Sequence record: MH159197.1
Reading direction: 5' to 3' (one strand)
Length of the DNA: 64,000 nucleotides
Origin: Staphylococcus phage VB_SavM_JYL01
Below the pieces are notes generated by a model, which did no database searches, was not told where the DNA came from, and saw nothing but the letters and a program-made list of their open reading frames with translations. Of this stretch, positions 1-10,641 are shown piece after piece. Position 1 is the stretch's first letter. Every line of letters begins with the position of its first letter. Position numbers and translations under genes: made by a program.

Positions 1-24
1 GAAAAGTATAATGAATTAGTATTT

Positions 25-243
25 ATGAAAAGGTTTGTTATGGTTGGGGAACATGGTAATGGATATTTTAAACAGATGGTTTCTCTTATAATAAAAGAAG
101 AACCTCATATATGTTTAACTATAAATAAAGATAATATTAAAGTAGCTGATATCTTAAATGAACTAGGATTTATTAATGCAGGAGAAGTAATTGATAGAAC
201 AGGAAAGTATACTTATGAATTATACCAAGGAGGAAGAGCTTAA
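25..243 (+). CDS. hypothetical protein
   Basis: ORF track; codirectional tight packing, stop 1 nt before next start. Confidence 0.4.
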   Translation: MKRFVMVGEHGNGYFKQMVSLIIKEEPHICLTINKDNIKVADILNELGFINAGEVIDRTGKYTYELYQGGRA

Positions 244-1268
244 TGAAGTTTGTATTTTTTACAGATAGTCATTTTCATTTATTTACAAACTATGCAAAAC
301 CTGATGATGAATTTGTAAATGATAGATTTAAAGAGCAAATAGAAGCATTACAGAAAGTTTTTGATATTGCTAGGAAAGAAAAGGCTAATGTTATTTTCGG
401 AGGAGATTTATTCCACAAACGTAATTCAGTAGATACTAGAGTATATAACAAAGTATTTAGTACATTTGCTAAAAATAAAGATGTCCCTGTATTATTACTT
501 CGAGGTAATCATGATGCTACAACTAATTCATTATATACCGATTCAAGTATAGATACATTTGAGTATTTATCTAATGTAAGTGTAATAAAGTCATTAAATA
601 CAATTTTAAAAGATAATGTTAATATTGTATTTACAGCTTATGGAGATGAAACAGAAGAAATAAAAACCTACATTAACAGTAACTATGATAAAGATATGGT
701 TAATATACTAGTAGGTCATCTAGGTGTAGAAGGGTCATTAACTGGTAAAGGTTCCCATAGATTAGAAGGAGCCTTTGGATATCAGGACTTATTACCTGAT
801 AAATATGATTTTATTTTACTAGGTCATTATCATCGTAGACAATATTTCCAAAACCCAAACCATTTTTATGGGGGTTCATTAATGCAACAATCATTTTCTG
901 ATGAACAAGAAGCTAACGGTGTTCACCTAATAGATACAGAAAAGATGACCACAGAATTTATTCCAATTCATACACGTAGATTTATTACTATCCAGGGAGA
1001 AGATATACCTGAAAACTTTGAACAATTAATAGAGGAAGATAATTTTATTAGAGTTATTGGTACCTCAAACCATGCTAAAGTTTTAGAGATGGATGATAGT
1101 ATGAAGGATAAAAACGTTGAAGTTCAAATTAAAAAAGAATATACTGTAGAGAAACGTATAGATAGTGATGTATCTGATGACCCTCTAACAATTGCTAGCA
1201 CTTATGCTAAGCAATACTCACCTGAATCAGAACAAGAAATACTTGAATGTTTGAAGGAGGTTTTATAG
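243..1268 (+). CDS. sbcD: Mre11/SbcD-family DNA repair nuclease (calcineurin-like phosphoesterase)
   Basis: Motifs FFTDSHFH, GGDLFH, GNHD, GHYH in order typical of Mre11/SbcD; sits directly upstream of an SbcC-like gene. Confidence 0.85.
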   Translation: MKFVFFTDSHFHLFTNYAKPDDEFVNDRFKEQIEALQKVFDIARKEKANVIFGGDLFHKRNSVDTRVYNKVFSTFAKNKDVPVLLLRGNHDATTNSLYTDSSIDTFEYLSNVSVIKSLNTILKDNVNIVFTAYGDETEEIKTYINSNYDKDMVNILVGHLGVEGSLTGKGSHRLEGAFGYQDLLPDKYDFILLGHYHRRQYFQNPNHFYGGSLMQQSFSDEQEANGVHLIDTEKMTTEFIPIHTRRFITIQGEDIPENFEQLIEEDNFIRVIGTSNHAKVLEMDDSMKDKNVEVQIKKEYTVEKRIDSDVSDDPLTIASTYAKQYSPESEQEILECLKEVL

Positions 1269-1645
1269 TGAGAAAATATAAAGAATATCTAAACAAGTCA
1301 GATGAAGAAAATTTAGCAGAAGATTGGGAACGGATAAAAGAAGATTTATGGAAAGTGTTTAAAGATATGAAACCTAAAATTAATACATTAGACATCAGTA
1401 ATGTAGTAAGTAAAGACTTAGATAAAAGTAAGCCTATTTTACAATTTCAAGATTCAGACAGAGTAATAGAGAACATTTGTAATGTTGAAGGTTTAGAAGA
1501 TGGTTTATCTAAAATGAAAAAGATTTTTGACGATAGTAATTTTGAAAAACATTACTATAATAGAATTGTAGAACATGATGAATATTATTGGATTGATTAT
1601 GGTTCTCATCATTGTTTCTTTAGGGTTACGAAAGGAGATAAGTAA
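1268..1645 (+). CDS. hypothetical protein (probable GTG start coupled to sbcD stop)
   Basis: ORF track frame from 1247; AGGAGG at 1255-1260 is 7 nt upstream of GTG 1268, which overlaps the sbcD stop (taGTG); the ATG at 1247 lacks an SD. Confidence 0.45.
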   Translation: MRKYKEYLNKSDEENLAEDWERIKEDLWKVFKDMKPKINTLDISNVVSKDLDKSKPILQFQDSDRVIENICNVEGLEDGLSKMKKIFDDSNFEKHYYNRIVEHDEYYWIDYGSHHCFFRVTKGDK

Positions 1646-3564
1646 TGGTCGTATTTAAACAAGTAGAAGTTAATAATTTTTTAGCAATTAAAGAGGCTAC
1701 ACTAGAGTTAGATAATAGAGGTTTAATACTTATTGAAGGTGAAAATAAATCCAATGAGTCATTCCATTCAAATGGTTCCGGTAAGTCAACTTTAATATCT
1801 GCCATTACTTATGCTTTATATGGTAAAACTGAAAAAGGATTAAAAGCAGATGATGTAGTAAATAATATTGAGAAGAAAAATACATCTGTTAAACTTAAGT
1901 TTGATATTGGAGAAGATAGCTATTTAATTGAACGTTATCGTAAAGATAAAGAGAATAAGAACAAAGTAAAATTATTTGTTAATGATAAAGAAATTACAGG
2001 CTCAACAAATGATGTTACTGATAAACAGATACAGGATTTATTTGGTATTGAGTTTAATACGTATGTTAATGCTATCATGTATGGTCAAGGAGATATTCCT
2101 ATGTTCTCTCAAGCAACAGATAAAGGGAAAAAAGAAATTCTTGAATCTATTACCAAGACAGACGTATATAAACAAGCACAAGATGTAGCAAAAGAGAAAG
2201 TTAAAGAAGTAGAAGAACAACAGAATAATCTAAGACACGAAATAGATAAACTAGGGTATCAGTTATCTACAAAAGATGAATACTTTCAAAAGGAAATTGA
2301 ACAGTATAATCAATATAAAGAACAATTGGCTCAAATAGAAAATAGTAATAAGGAAAAAGATAAATTAAGGGAGCAAGAGGAGAAGCAAATAGAAGCTCAA
2401 ATAGAGCAATTAACTTCACAGATACCAACAATACCTGAAGATGAATTTAAGCACTCAGAGGAGTATAATAAAGCTTCTCAAAGCCTAGATTTACTTTCTA
2501 ATAAATTAACTGAACTAAATCAAGTATATGCAGAGTATAATACTAAAGAGCAGGTACTAAAATCTGAAATAGCTACATTAAGTAATAGCTTAAATCAATT
2601 AGATACAAATGACCATTGTCCGGTTTGTGGTTCTCCTATAGATAATTCTCATAAATTAAAAGAGCAGGAAAATATTAATAATCAGATTGAGAATAAGAAA
2701 CAAGAGATTACTAGTGTACTAGAAATTAAAGATACGTATAAAGAAGCTATTGATAAAGTAAATAATAAATCACAAGAAATTAAAGACAAAATGTCTCAAG
2801 AAGACCAACAAGAACGAGAGCACAACACTAGGATTAATAATATCATTCAAGAGGCTTCCAAGATTAAATCAGATATTAGTTCATTAGAGAATAATAAAAC
2901 TTATTTAAAAGTGAAATATCAACATCAATCTGTTCAAGGATTAGAAAGAGAAGAACCAAGTAAAAAGAAACATGAAGAAGATAAAAAAGAATTACAAGAA
3001 TCTATTGACAAACATGAAGAGAATGTAGTACAATTAGAAACTAAGAAAGGTAAGTATCAACAAGCTGTAGACGCTTTTAGTAATAAAGGTATACGTTCAG
3101 TAGTGTTAGACTTTATTACACCCTTCTTAAATGAGAAAGCCAATGAATATCTTCAAACTTTATCAGGTTCAGATATTGAAATAGAGTTTCAAACTCAAGT
3201 GAAGAATGCTAAAGGAGAACTAAAAGATAAGTTTGATGTTATTGTTAAAAATAGTAAAGGTGGAGGCTCATATAAATCAAACTCAGCAGGAGAACAAAAA
3301 CGTATTGACTTAGCAATTAGTTTTGCAATCCAGGATTTAATTATGAGTAAGGATGAGATATCTACAAATATTGCACTTTATGATGAATGTTTTGATGGGT
3401 TAGACACTATAGGGTGTGAAAATGTAATTAAGTTATTAAAGGATAGACTTAATACAGTAGGAACTATATTTGTAATTACCCATAATACAGAACTTAAACC
3501 ACTGTTTGAGCAAACAATTAAAATAGTAAAAGAAAATGGAGTATCAAAACTGGAGGAAAAATAA
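1645..3564 (+). CDS. sbcC: SbcC/Rad50-family SMC-like ATPase
   Basis: N-terminal Walker A GSGKST, long coiled-coil, central CPVCG zinc hook, C-terminal ABC signature SAGEQKRIDLA and Walker B YDECFDGLD. Confidence 0.85.
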   Translation: MVVFKQVEVNNFLAIKEATLELDNRGLILIEGENKSNESFHSNGSGKSTLISAITYALYGKTEKGLKADDVVNNIEKKNTSVKLKFDIGEDSYLIERYRKDKENKNKVKLFVNDKEITGSTNDVTDKQIQDLFGIEFNTYVNAIMYGQGDIPMFSQATDKGKKEILESITKTDVYKQAQDVAKEKVKEVEEQQNNLRHEIDKLGYQLSTKDEYFQKEIEQYNQYKEQLAQIENSNKEKDKLREQEEKQIEAQIEQLTSQIPTIPEDEFKHSEEYNKASQSLDLLSNKLTELNQVYAEYNTKEQVLKSEIATLSNSLNQLDTNDHCPVCGSPIDNSHKLKEQENINNQIENKKQEITSVLEIKDTYKEAIDKVNNKSQEIKDKMSQEDQQEREHNTRINNIIQEASKIKSDISSLENNKTYLKVKYQHQSVQGLEREEPSKKKHEEDKKELQESIDKHEENVVQLETKKGKYQQAVDAFSNKGIRSVVLDFITPFLNEKANEYLQTLSGSDIEIEFQTQVKNAKGELKDKFDVIVKNSKGGGSYKSNSAGEQKRIDLAISFAIQDLIMSKDEISTNIALYDECFDGLDTIGCENVIKLLKDRLNTVGTIFVITHNTELKPLFEQTIKIVKENGVSKLEEK

Positions 3565-4160
3565 TGAAATTAAAGATTTTAGATAGAGATAATGCAACAC
3601 TTAATGTGTTTCATCGTAATAAGGAGCACAAAACGATAGATAATGTACCTACTGCTAACTTAGTTGATTGGTATCCTTTAAGTAATGCTTATGAATATAA
3701 GTTAAGTAGAAATGGAGAGTATTTAGAATTAAAAAGGCTACGTTCTACCTTACCTTCTTCTTATGGCTTAGAGGATAATAACCAAGATATTATTAGAGAT
3801 AATAACCATAGATGTAAAATAGGATATTGGTATAATCCTGCAGTACGTAAAGATAATTTAAAGATTATTGAGAAAGCTAAACAATATGGTTTACCGGTTA
3901 TAACAGAAGAATATGATGCTAATATTGTAGAACAAGGGTTTAGAGACATTGGAGTTATATTCCAAAGTCTTAAAACTATTGTTGTTACTAGATACCTAGA
4001 AGGTAAAACAGAAGAAGAATTGAGAATTTTTAACATGAAATCGGAAGAGTCACAATTAAATGAAGCACTTAAAGAGAGTGATTTTTCGGTAGATTTAACT
4101 TATAGTGACCTAGGGCAGATTTATAATATGTTACTATTGATGAAAAAAATTAGTAAATAG
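3564..4160 (+). CDS. hypothetical protein
   Basis: ORF track; ATGA overlap with sbcC stop. Confidence 0.5.
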   Translation: MKLKILDRDNATLNVFHRNKEHKTIDNVPTANLVDWYPLSNAYEYKLSRNGEYLELKRLRSTLPSSYGLEDNNQDIIRDNNHRCKIGYWYNPAVRKDNLKIIEKAKQYGLPVITEEYDANIVEQGFRDIGVIFQSLKTIVVTRYLEGKTEEELRIFNMKSEESQLNEALKESDFSVDLTYSDLGQIYNMLLLMKKISK

Positions 4161-4174
4161 TAAGGAAGGATATT

Positions 4175-5242
4175 ATGAGGTTTGAAGACTTTTTAACCCA
4201 AGAATTAGGAGAACCAAAAGAAAATACTATAGGTGAACTAAGATACTGTTGTCCGTTTTGCGGAGAAAAAAGTTATAAGTTCTATGTTAAGCAAGCTTTA
4301 GACTCTAGTAATGGTCAGTATCACTGTAAAAAATGTGATGAATCAGGTAATCCTATTACATTTATGAAGACTTATTATAACATTACAGGTAAACAAGCTT
4401 TTGATTTATTAGAGTCTAAGAATATAGATATAGAGAGAGCCCCTTTACTTACAACTAATAATAAGGATTTAACAGAATCAGAGAAACTTATATTAATGCT
4501 TAGAGGCGTACACCAAGATAAAGGAAACACTAATCTTAAACCTCCTAGATTACCTGAGGGATATAAGTTATTAAAAGATAACTTAAATAATAAAGAGATT
4601 ATACCTTTTTTAAAATACTTAAAAGGCAGAGGTATAACTTTAGAACAAATAATTAATAATAATATAGGTTATGTTATTAATGGGTGCTTCTATAAAGTTG
4701 ATGGAGAATCAAAAGTCTCATTAAGGAATAGCATTATATTTTTTACGTATGATAATGATGGAAACTACCAGTACTGGAATACACGAAGTATAGAGAAGAA
4801 CCCTTATATTAAATCTATCAATGCCCCTGCTAAACAAGATGAAGTAGGAAGAAAAGATGTCATATTTAATTTAAATATAGCAAGAAAGAAAAAATTCTTA
4901 GTTATAACCGAGGGTGTCTTTGATGCTTTAACCTTTCATGAATATGGAGTAGCAACACTAGGTAAACAAGTAACAGAAAATCAAATAAAAAAAATAATTG
5001 ATTATGTTAGCATAGATACATCAATATATATTATGTTAGATACTGATGCGTTAGATAATAATATAGATTTAGCTTATAAGCTAAAAACGCACTTTAACAA
5101 AGTTTATTTTGTACCGCATGGTGATGAAGATGCAAATGATATGGGAACAAGGAAAGCTTTTGAGCTATTAAAACAGAACCGAGTACTAGTAACACCTGAA
5201 AGTATACAGAGTTACAAAATACAACAAAAACTTAAACTTTAG
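4175..5242 (+). CDS. DNA primase (zinc-binding domain + TOPRIM)
   Basis: CCPFCGEKS...HCKKCDESG zinc finger at N-terminus; ITEGVFDALT TOPRIM-like motif; replication-module context. Confidence 0.8.
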   Translation: MRFEDFLTQELGEPKENTIGELRYCCPFCGEKSYKFYVKQALDSSNGQYHCKKCDESGNPITFMKTYYNITGKQAFDLLESKNIDIERAPLLTTNNKDLTESEKLILMLRGVHQDKGNTNLKPPRLPEGYKLLKDNLNNKEIIPFLKYLKGRGITLEQIINNNIGYVINGCFYKVDGESKVSLRNSIIFFTYDNDGNYQYWNTRSIEKNPYIKSINAPAKQDEVGRKDVIFNLNIARKKKFLVITEGVFDALTFHEYGVATLGKQVTENQIKKIIDYVSIDTSIYIMLDTDALDNNIDLAYKLKTHFNKVYFVPHGDEDANDMGTRKAFELLKQNRVLVTPESIQSYKIQQKLKL

Positions 5243-5244
5243 GC

Positions 5245-5273
5245 TTGACCTTAGAGAAGTTTTATGTTATACT
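5245..5273 (+). promoter_or_regulatory. sigma70-like promoter TTGACC-17-TATACT
   Basis: ttgacc 5245-5250, 17-nt spacer, tatact 5268-5273. Confidence 0.55.
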
Positions 5274-5306
5274 AATAATTAAGTAATTAATAAAGGAGAA
5301 AAAATA

Positions 5307-5645
5307 ATGTCAAATAATAAAAAAGATATTTTAGAATTTGTAGATGAATACATTACAGCTTTAAGAGTTGGTAATGAGCAACGACAACATCAATTAGAAG
5401 AAATGGGTAAAGAAGAAACAGCAACATTAACAGATGTAGCTAAAGCTATTACTAACCTTATGTTAGGTGTTAATGAGCAAATGACAGACTTGGAATACAA
5501 CAATGAGTTAAATTTAAATATTTTAATTGACGCTTTATATAAAGCAGAACTTATTAATGAAGATGTACTAGATTACATCCAAGAATCAATTGATAAATCA
5601 CAAGAAGAACCTAAAAATGAAGAAGAAAAAGGAGAACAAGAATAA
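5307..5645 (+). CDS. hypothetical acidic protein
   Basis: ORF track; promoter 5245-5273 and SD aaaggag upstream. Confidence 0.55.
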   Translation: MSNNKKDILEFVDEYITALRVGNEQRQHQLEEMGKEETATLTDVAKAITNLMLGVNEQMTDLEYNNELNLNILIDALYKAELINEDVLDYIQESIDKSQEEPKNEEEKGEQE

Positions 5646-6097
5646 TGGAAAAAAATATTAGCACACACACAAAAGGTATTAGTCAAGCAGACATGGAGAA
5701 ATGGATTGAAGCTGTAGTCCAAGGAACTGTTGATGGTAAACAAGTTGATGAAAAAACAGCTAAACAACTAGATAGAATTGGTTCACGCAGTGTTTCTTTA
5801 GAAGAAGCAACTCGTATTGCTAAAGTCATTAATGCTGTTACAGTTCAAGAGATGTCAGGAGATTTTAATGACGCATTTAACGCAATTGACTTAATGATGA
5901 TTGTTATGGAAGATGAGTTAGGAGTAACTCAAGAACAAGTTGGAAAAGCTAAAGATAAGTTAAATGAGAAACGAGAAGCTTATTTAAAAGAGAAGCAAGA
6001 AGAATTACGTCAAAAACAACAAGAAGAGACACAAAAAGAAACTGAATCTGACAGCAATGAAAAAGTAATTCAGTTGAAGAAAAATGACGAACAGTAA
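5645..6097 (+). CDS. hypothetical protein
   Basis: ORF track; ATGG overlap with previous stop. Confidence 0.5.
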   Translation: MEKNISTHTKGISQADMEKWIEAVVQGTVDGKQVDEKTAKQLDRIGSRSVSLEEATRIAKVINAVTVQEMSGDFNDAFNAIDLMMIVMEDELGVTQEQVGKAKDKLNEKREAYLKEKQEELRQKQQEETQKETESDSNEKVIQLKKNDEQ

Positions 6098-6692
6098 GAA
6101 AAAAGGAGATACATTCGAACGTAAAATAGCTAAAGAATTAACTGCTTGGTGGGGATACCAATTTAATAGGTCTCCTCAATCAGGTGGTGCCTCTTGGGGT
6201 AAAGATAATAATGCTGTCGGAGACATAGTAGTACCTCAGGAAGCTAATTTTCCTTTAGTAGTAGAATGTAAACATAGAGAAGAATGGACTATAGATAACG
6301 TTCTTTTAAACAATAGAGAACCACATACATGGTGGGAACAAGTAATTAATGATAGTAGCAAGGTGAATAAGACACCTTGCTTAATATTTACTAGAAACAG
6401 AGCTCAGAGTTACGTTGCTTTACCTTATGATGAGAAAGTATATGAGGACTTAAGAAATAATGAATATCCTGTTATGAGAACAGATTTTATTATTGATAAT
6501 ATTAGAAAAGATAAATTTTTTTATGATGTCCTTATAACTACCATGAATGGGTTGACCTCATTTACACCTTCTTATATTATATCTTGCTACGACAAAAAAG
6601 ATATAAAACCATACAAGAAGGTTGAGTCTAATTTATCTGAGGTAAGTAAGCATGAAGATGAATTGATTAATGACCTTCTTAATGATATATAA
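6084..6692 (+). CDS. Hjc-like Holliday-junction resolvase (PD-(D/E)xK fold)
   Basis: N-terminal KKGDTFERKIAKEL plus GDIVVP...VVECKHRE resembles the D..E.K catalytic core of the archaeal-Hjc/phage resolvase family. Confidence 0.55.
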   Translation: MTNSKKKGDTFERKIAKELTAWWGYQFNRSPQSGGASWGKDNNAVGDIVVPQEANFPLVVECKHREEWTIDNVLLNNREPHTWWEQVINDSSKVNKTPCLIFTRNRAQSYVALPYDEKVYEDLRNNEYPVMRTDFIIDNIRKDKFFYDVLITTMNGLTSFTPSYIISCYDKKDIKPYKKVESNLSEVSKHEDELINDLLNDI

Positions 6693-6709
6693 GGAAGGGT
6701 AAGATAGGT

Positions 6710-7102
6710 ATGACAAGTAAAGAAAGACCATTAATTGTATATTTTTCAGGTACAGGGCAGACAGAAAGACTAGTAAACAAAATTAATATTAATAACTCAT
6801 TTGAAACGTTTAGGGTTAAGAGTGGAAAAGAGAAAATAAATAAACCTTTTATACTAATAACACCGACTTATATGAAGGGTGCAATACCTAAACAAATAGA
6901 AAGATTCCTAGAAATTAATGGGAGCCCTAAGGAAGTCATTGGTACAGGAAATAAACAATGGGGCTCTAATTTCTGTGGAGCAAGTAAAAAGATTTCAGAG
7001 ATGTTTAAGATTCCTTTAATTGCTAAAGTAGAGCAATCAGGACACTTTAACGAGATACAACCAATATTAGAACACTTTAGTAATAAATATAAAGTAGCGT
7101 AA
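6710..7102 (+). CDS. nrdI: NrdI flavodoxin-like protein
   Basis: ~130 aa protein beginning PLIVYFSGTGQTERL immediately upstream of nrdE-nrdF (class Ib RNR operon order). Confidence 0.8.
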   Translation: MTSKERPLIVYFSGTGQTERLVNKININNSFETFRVKSGKEKINKPFILITPTYMKGAIPKQIERFLEINGSPKEVIGTGNKQWGSNFCGASKKISEMFKIPLIAKVEQSGHFNEIQPILEHFSNKYKVA

Positions 7103-7116
7103 AGGATGAGAGATAT

Positions 7117-9231
7117 ATGGCAACATATGGAAAATGGATTGAGTTAAATAATGAAATAACTCAATTAGATGACAATGGAAAAAATAAACTCTATAAAGAC
7201 CAAGAAGCTTTAGATGAGTATTTAAAATATATTGAAGATAATACAAGAAAGTTTAATAATGAAGTAGAAAGAATTAGAGTATTGACAAAAGAAGGAACAT
7301 ATGATAAAATATTTGATAAAGTTCCTGATACTATTATTGATGAAATGACTAAGCTAGCTTACAGTTTTAATTTTAAATTTCCTAGTTTTATGGCAGGGCA
7401 AAAGTTTTATGAGTCTTACGCATCAAAACAGTATGACGAGAATAAAAAACCTATTTTTGTTGAAGACTATGAGCAACATAACGTTCGAGTAGCTTTATAT
7501 TTATTTCAAAATGATTATGTAAAGGCTAGAGAGTTATTAGTACAACTTATGGAGCAAACATTTCAACCATCTACACCTACGTATAATAACTCAGGGCAAG
7601 CTAATAGAGGTGAACTAAGTTCATGTTATCTATTTGTAGTAGATGATTCAATTGAGTCCTTAAATTTTGTTGAGGATAGTGTAGCTAATGCTAGTTCTAA
7701 TGGTGGCGGAGTTGCAATTGATTTAACTAGAATTAGACCGAAAGGTGCTCCAGTACGTAATAGACCTAATTCAAGTAAAGGTGTTATTGCTTTTGCTAAA
7801 GCTATTGAACATAAAGTAAGTATATATGACCAAGGTGGGGTTCGACAAGGTAGTGGTGCAGTCTACCTTAATATATTCCATAATGATATTTTGGATTTAT
7901 TAAGTTCTAAGAAAATAAATGCTAGTGAATCTGTTAGACTTGATAAACTATCTATAGGTGTTACAATACCTAATAAGTTTATGGAATTAGTTAAAGAAGG
8001 TAAACCTTTCTACACGTTTGACACTTACGATATTAACAAAGTATATGGTAAATATTTAGATGAATTAAACATTGATGAGTGGTACGAAGAATTATTAAAT
8101 AATGATAAAATTGGTAAAGTAAAACATGATGCTAGAGAAGTCATGACAGATATTGCTAAAACACAATTAGAATCAGGTTACCCTTATGTATTTTATATTG
8201 ATAATGCTAATGACAATCACCCTCTTAAAAATCTAGGTAAAGTTAAAATGAGTAACTTATGTACAGAAATTTCACAATTACAAGAGGTATCAGAAATTTA
8301 TCCATATTCCTATAGTAATCAGAATGTTATTAATAGAGATGTTGTTTGTACATTAGGTTCACTTAACTTAGTTAATGTGGTTGAAAAAGGTTTATTAAAT
8401 GAGTCCGTAGATATTGGTACAAGAGCACTAACAAAAGTTACTGATATTATGGATTTACCATATCTACCTAGTGTTCAAAAAGCAAATGATGACATTAGAG
8501 CTATCGGTTTAGGTTCAATGAATTTACATGGACTTTTAGCTAAGAATATGATTAGTTATGGTTCTAGGGAAGCTCTAGACCTAGTAAACAGTTTATATAG
8601 TGCTATTAACTTCCAGTCTATTAAGACATCTATGTTAATGGCTAAAGAAACAGGAAAACCATTTAAAGGGTTTGAAAAGTCTGATTATGCTACAGGTGAA
8701 TACTTTGTAAGATATATTAGAGAGTCTAACCAACCTAAAACAGATAAAGCTAAGAAAGTCCTAAGCAAGGTCTATATTCCAACACAAGATGATTGGGATG
8801 AATTAGCTAAAGCAGTTAAAGTATATGGACTGTATAATGGGTATAGAAAAGCAGAAGCACCTACTCAATCTATATCATATGTACAGAATGCTACAAGCTC
8901 AATTATGCCTGTACCTAGTGCTATAGAGAACAGACAATATGGAGACATGGAAACATACTATCCAATGCCTTATTTAAGTCCTATAACTCAGTTTTTCTAT
9001 GAAGGAGAAACAGCTTATAAGATTGATAATAAACGTATTATTAATACAAGTGCAGTAGTGCAAAAACATACAGACCAAGCAGTATCTACTATACTTTATG
9101 TAGAATCAGAAATACCGACTAATAAGTTAGTATCATTATATTACTATGCTTGGGAACAAGGATTAAAATCATTATATTATACACGTTCACGTAAACTTTC
9201 TGTTATTGAATGTGAAACATGTTCGGTTTAG
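7117..9231 (+). CDS. nrdE: Ribonucleotide reductase class Ib large subunit
   Basis: 704 aa; active-site NLCTEI, C-terminal redox cysteines CETCSV; followed by R2 subunit. Confidence 0.9.
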   Translation: MATYGKWIELNNEITQLDDNGKNKLYKDQEALDEYLKYIEDNTRKFNNEVERIRVLTKEGTYDKIFDKVPDTIIDEMTKLAYSFNFKFPSFMAGQKFYESYASKQYDENKKPIFVEDYEQHNVRVALYLFQNDYVKARELLVQLMEQTFQPSTPTYNNSGQANRGELSSCYLFVVDDSIESLNFVEDSVANASSNGGGVAIDLTRIRPKGAPVRNRPNSSKGVIAFAKAIEHKVSIYDQGGVRQGSGAVYLNIFHNDILDLLSSKKINASESVRLDKLSIGVTIPNKFMELVKEGKPFYTFDTYDINKVYGKYLDELNIDEWYEELLNNDKIGKVKHDAREVMTDIAKTQLESGYPYVFYIDNANDNHPLKNLGKVKMSNLCTEISQLQEVSEIYPYSYSNQNVINRDVVCTLGSLNLVNVVEKGLLNESVDIGTRALTKVTDIMDLPYLPSVQKANDDIRAIGLGSMNLHGLLAKNMISYGSREALDLVNSLYSAINFQSIKTSMLMAKETGKPFKGFEKSDYATGEYFVRYIRESNQPKTDKAKKVLSKVYIPTQDDWDELAKAVKVYGLYNGYRKAEAPTQSISYVQNATSSIMPVPSAIENRQYGDMETYYPMPYLSPITQFFYEGETAYKIDNKRIINTSAVVQKHTDQAVSTILYVESEIPTNKLVSLYYYAWEQGLKSLYYTRSRKLSVIECETCSV

Positions 9232-9244
9232 AAAGGAAATAGAT

Positions 9245-10294
9245 ATGGATATTACACAAAAAGTAAAACAACATAATAAAAATGCAGTATTAAAGGCAAC
9301 AAATTGGAATATTGAAGATGACGGGATGTCTGATATTTATTGGGAGCAAGGAATCTCCCAATTTTGGACTCCTGAAGAGTTTGATGTATCAAGAGATTTA
9401 AGTTCTTGGAACAGTTTAACTGAGAGTGAAAAGAACACTTATAAGAAAGTCCTTGCAGGGCTCACAGGGCTCGATACGAAGCAAGGAGGGGAAGGTATGA
9501 ACTTAGTATCTTATCATGAACCAAGACCCAAATACCAAGCTGTATTTGCGTTTATGGGTGGTATGGAAGAGATACATGCTAAATCTTATAGTCATATCTT
9601 TACAACACTATTAAGTAATAAAGAAACAAGTTATTTACTAGATACTTGGGTTGAAGAAAATGACTTTTTAAAAGTAAAAGCTCAGTTTATTGGATATTAT
9701 TATGACCAATTATTAAAACCTAATCCTACTGTATTTGATAGATATATGGCTAAAGTAGCTAGTGCCTTTTTAGAAAGTGCATTATTTTACTCAGGATTTT
9801 ATTACCCTTTACTTCTTGCAGGAAGAGGGCAGATGACACAATCAGGAGCTATTATTTATAAAATTACCCAAGATGAAGCTTATCACGGTTCAGCAGTAGG
9901 ATTAACAGCTCAATATGATTACAATCTTTTAACAGAAGAAGAAAAAAAATTAGCAGATAGAGAAACTTATGAATTATTAAATATTCTTTATACTAATGAA
10001 GTAGCGTATACACATAGTCTATATGACCCGCTAGAGTTAAGTGAAGATGTAATTAACTACGTTCAGTATAACTTTAATAGAGCTCTTCAAAACCTTGGAA
10101 GAGAAGACTATTTTAACCCTGAACCTTATAACCCTATTGTAGAAAATCAAACTAATGTAGACAGATTAAGAAATGTTGATTTCTTTAGCGGTAAAGCAGA
10201 CTACGAAAAATCTACAAACATTAAAGATATTAAAGATGAAGATTTCTCATTCTTAGATAGTAAAGAGTATAGTACTGCTAAGGAATTCCTATAA
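9245..10294 (+). CDS. nrdF: Ribonucleotide reductase class Ib small subunit
   Basis: Ferritin-like R2 signatures; start moved to ATG 9245 (SD aagga 7 nt upstream, just after the nrdE stop) rather than the 9206 ATG inside nrdE. Confidence 0.85.
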   Translation: MDITQKVKQHNKNAVLKATNWNIEDDGMSDIYWEQGISQFWTPEEFDVSRDLSSWNSLTESEKNTYKKVLAGLTGLDTKQGGEGMNLVSYHEPRPKYQAVFAFMGGMEEIHAKSYSHIFTTLLSNKETSYLLDTWVEENDFLKVKAQFIGYYYDQLLKPNPTVFDRYMAKVASAFLESALFYSGFYYPLLLAGRGQMTQSGAIIYKITQDEAYHGSAVGLTAQYDYNLLTEEEKKLADRETYELLNILYTNEVAYTHSLYDPLELSEDVINYVQYNFNRALQNLGREDYFNPEPYNPIVENQTNVDRLRNVDFFSGKADYEKSTNIKDIKDEDFSFLDSKEYSTAKEFL

Positions 10295-10311
10295 AAAGGA
10301 GAAAAGATATT

Positions 10312-10641
10312 ATGGATAGAAAAGAAGCAATGGATTTATTAAGTAAAACAGAAATATTATTTAAAAAACATGATGAGTTTTCATGTGTGAGTGATATCAA
10401 TGACCCTATGAAGTTATTTAGTAACTCTAAAGATGCCAAAGCTGATGATACGTCTAAGTCTTTTCAGTTAGAGTTTATGCATGATATGACTATGTATACT
10501 TTATCTTATGGCTCAGGACAGTTAAAACTCATTGATTTATCAGAAGGTTATGAAGCACAAAAAGCTACAGCAGTTAACTCATTTCCCGAAATTATTAAAA
10601 CATTAGAAAAGGATGACTCAGAAGATGGAAAAAATGAATAA
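10312..10641 (+). CDS. hypothetical acidic protein
   Basis: ORF track; SD aaaaggag upstream. Confidence 0.5.
   Translation: MDRKEAMDLLSKTEILFKKHDEFSCVSDINDPMKLFSNSKDAKADDTSKSFQLEFMHDMTMYTLSYGSGQLKLIDLSEGYEAQKATAVNSFPEIIKTLEKDDSEDGKNE

Noticed and set aside
1207-1395. Minus-strand ORFs nested inside + strand genes in the right arm (1207..1395, 2038..2220, 3761..4036, 5573..5767, 10618..10845, 11902..12087, 13162..13395, 14590..14778, 15656..15925, 15894..16106, 18773..18982, 20982..21170, 24522..24743, 24940..25152, 25477..25773, 28036..28302, 32077..32295, 32910..33116, 34679..34942, 36180..36362, 36988..37185, 37426..37644, 40269..40577, 49987..50202, 53280..53474, 55808..56020, 58078..58380)
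   Set aside because: They are antisense to well-supported, tightly packed + strand genes, lack SDs, and have low-complexity AT-driven translations typical of spurious frames in AT-rich DNA.
1976-2188. Internal + strand ORF inside sbcC in another frame
   Set aside because: Wholly contained in the SbcC/Rad50 coding frame, which has clear ATPase motifs.
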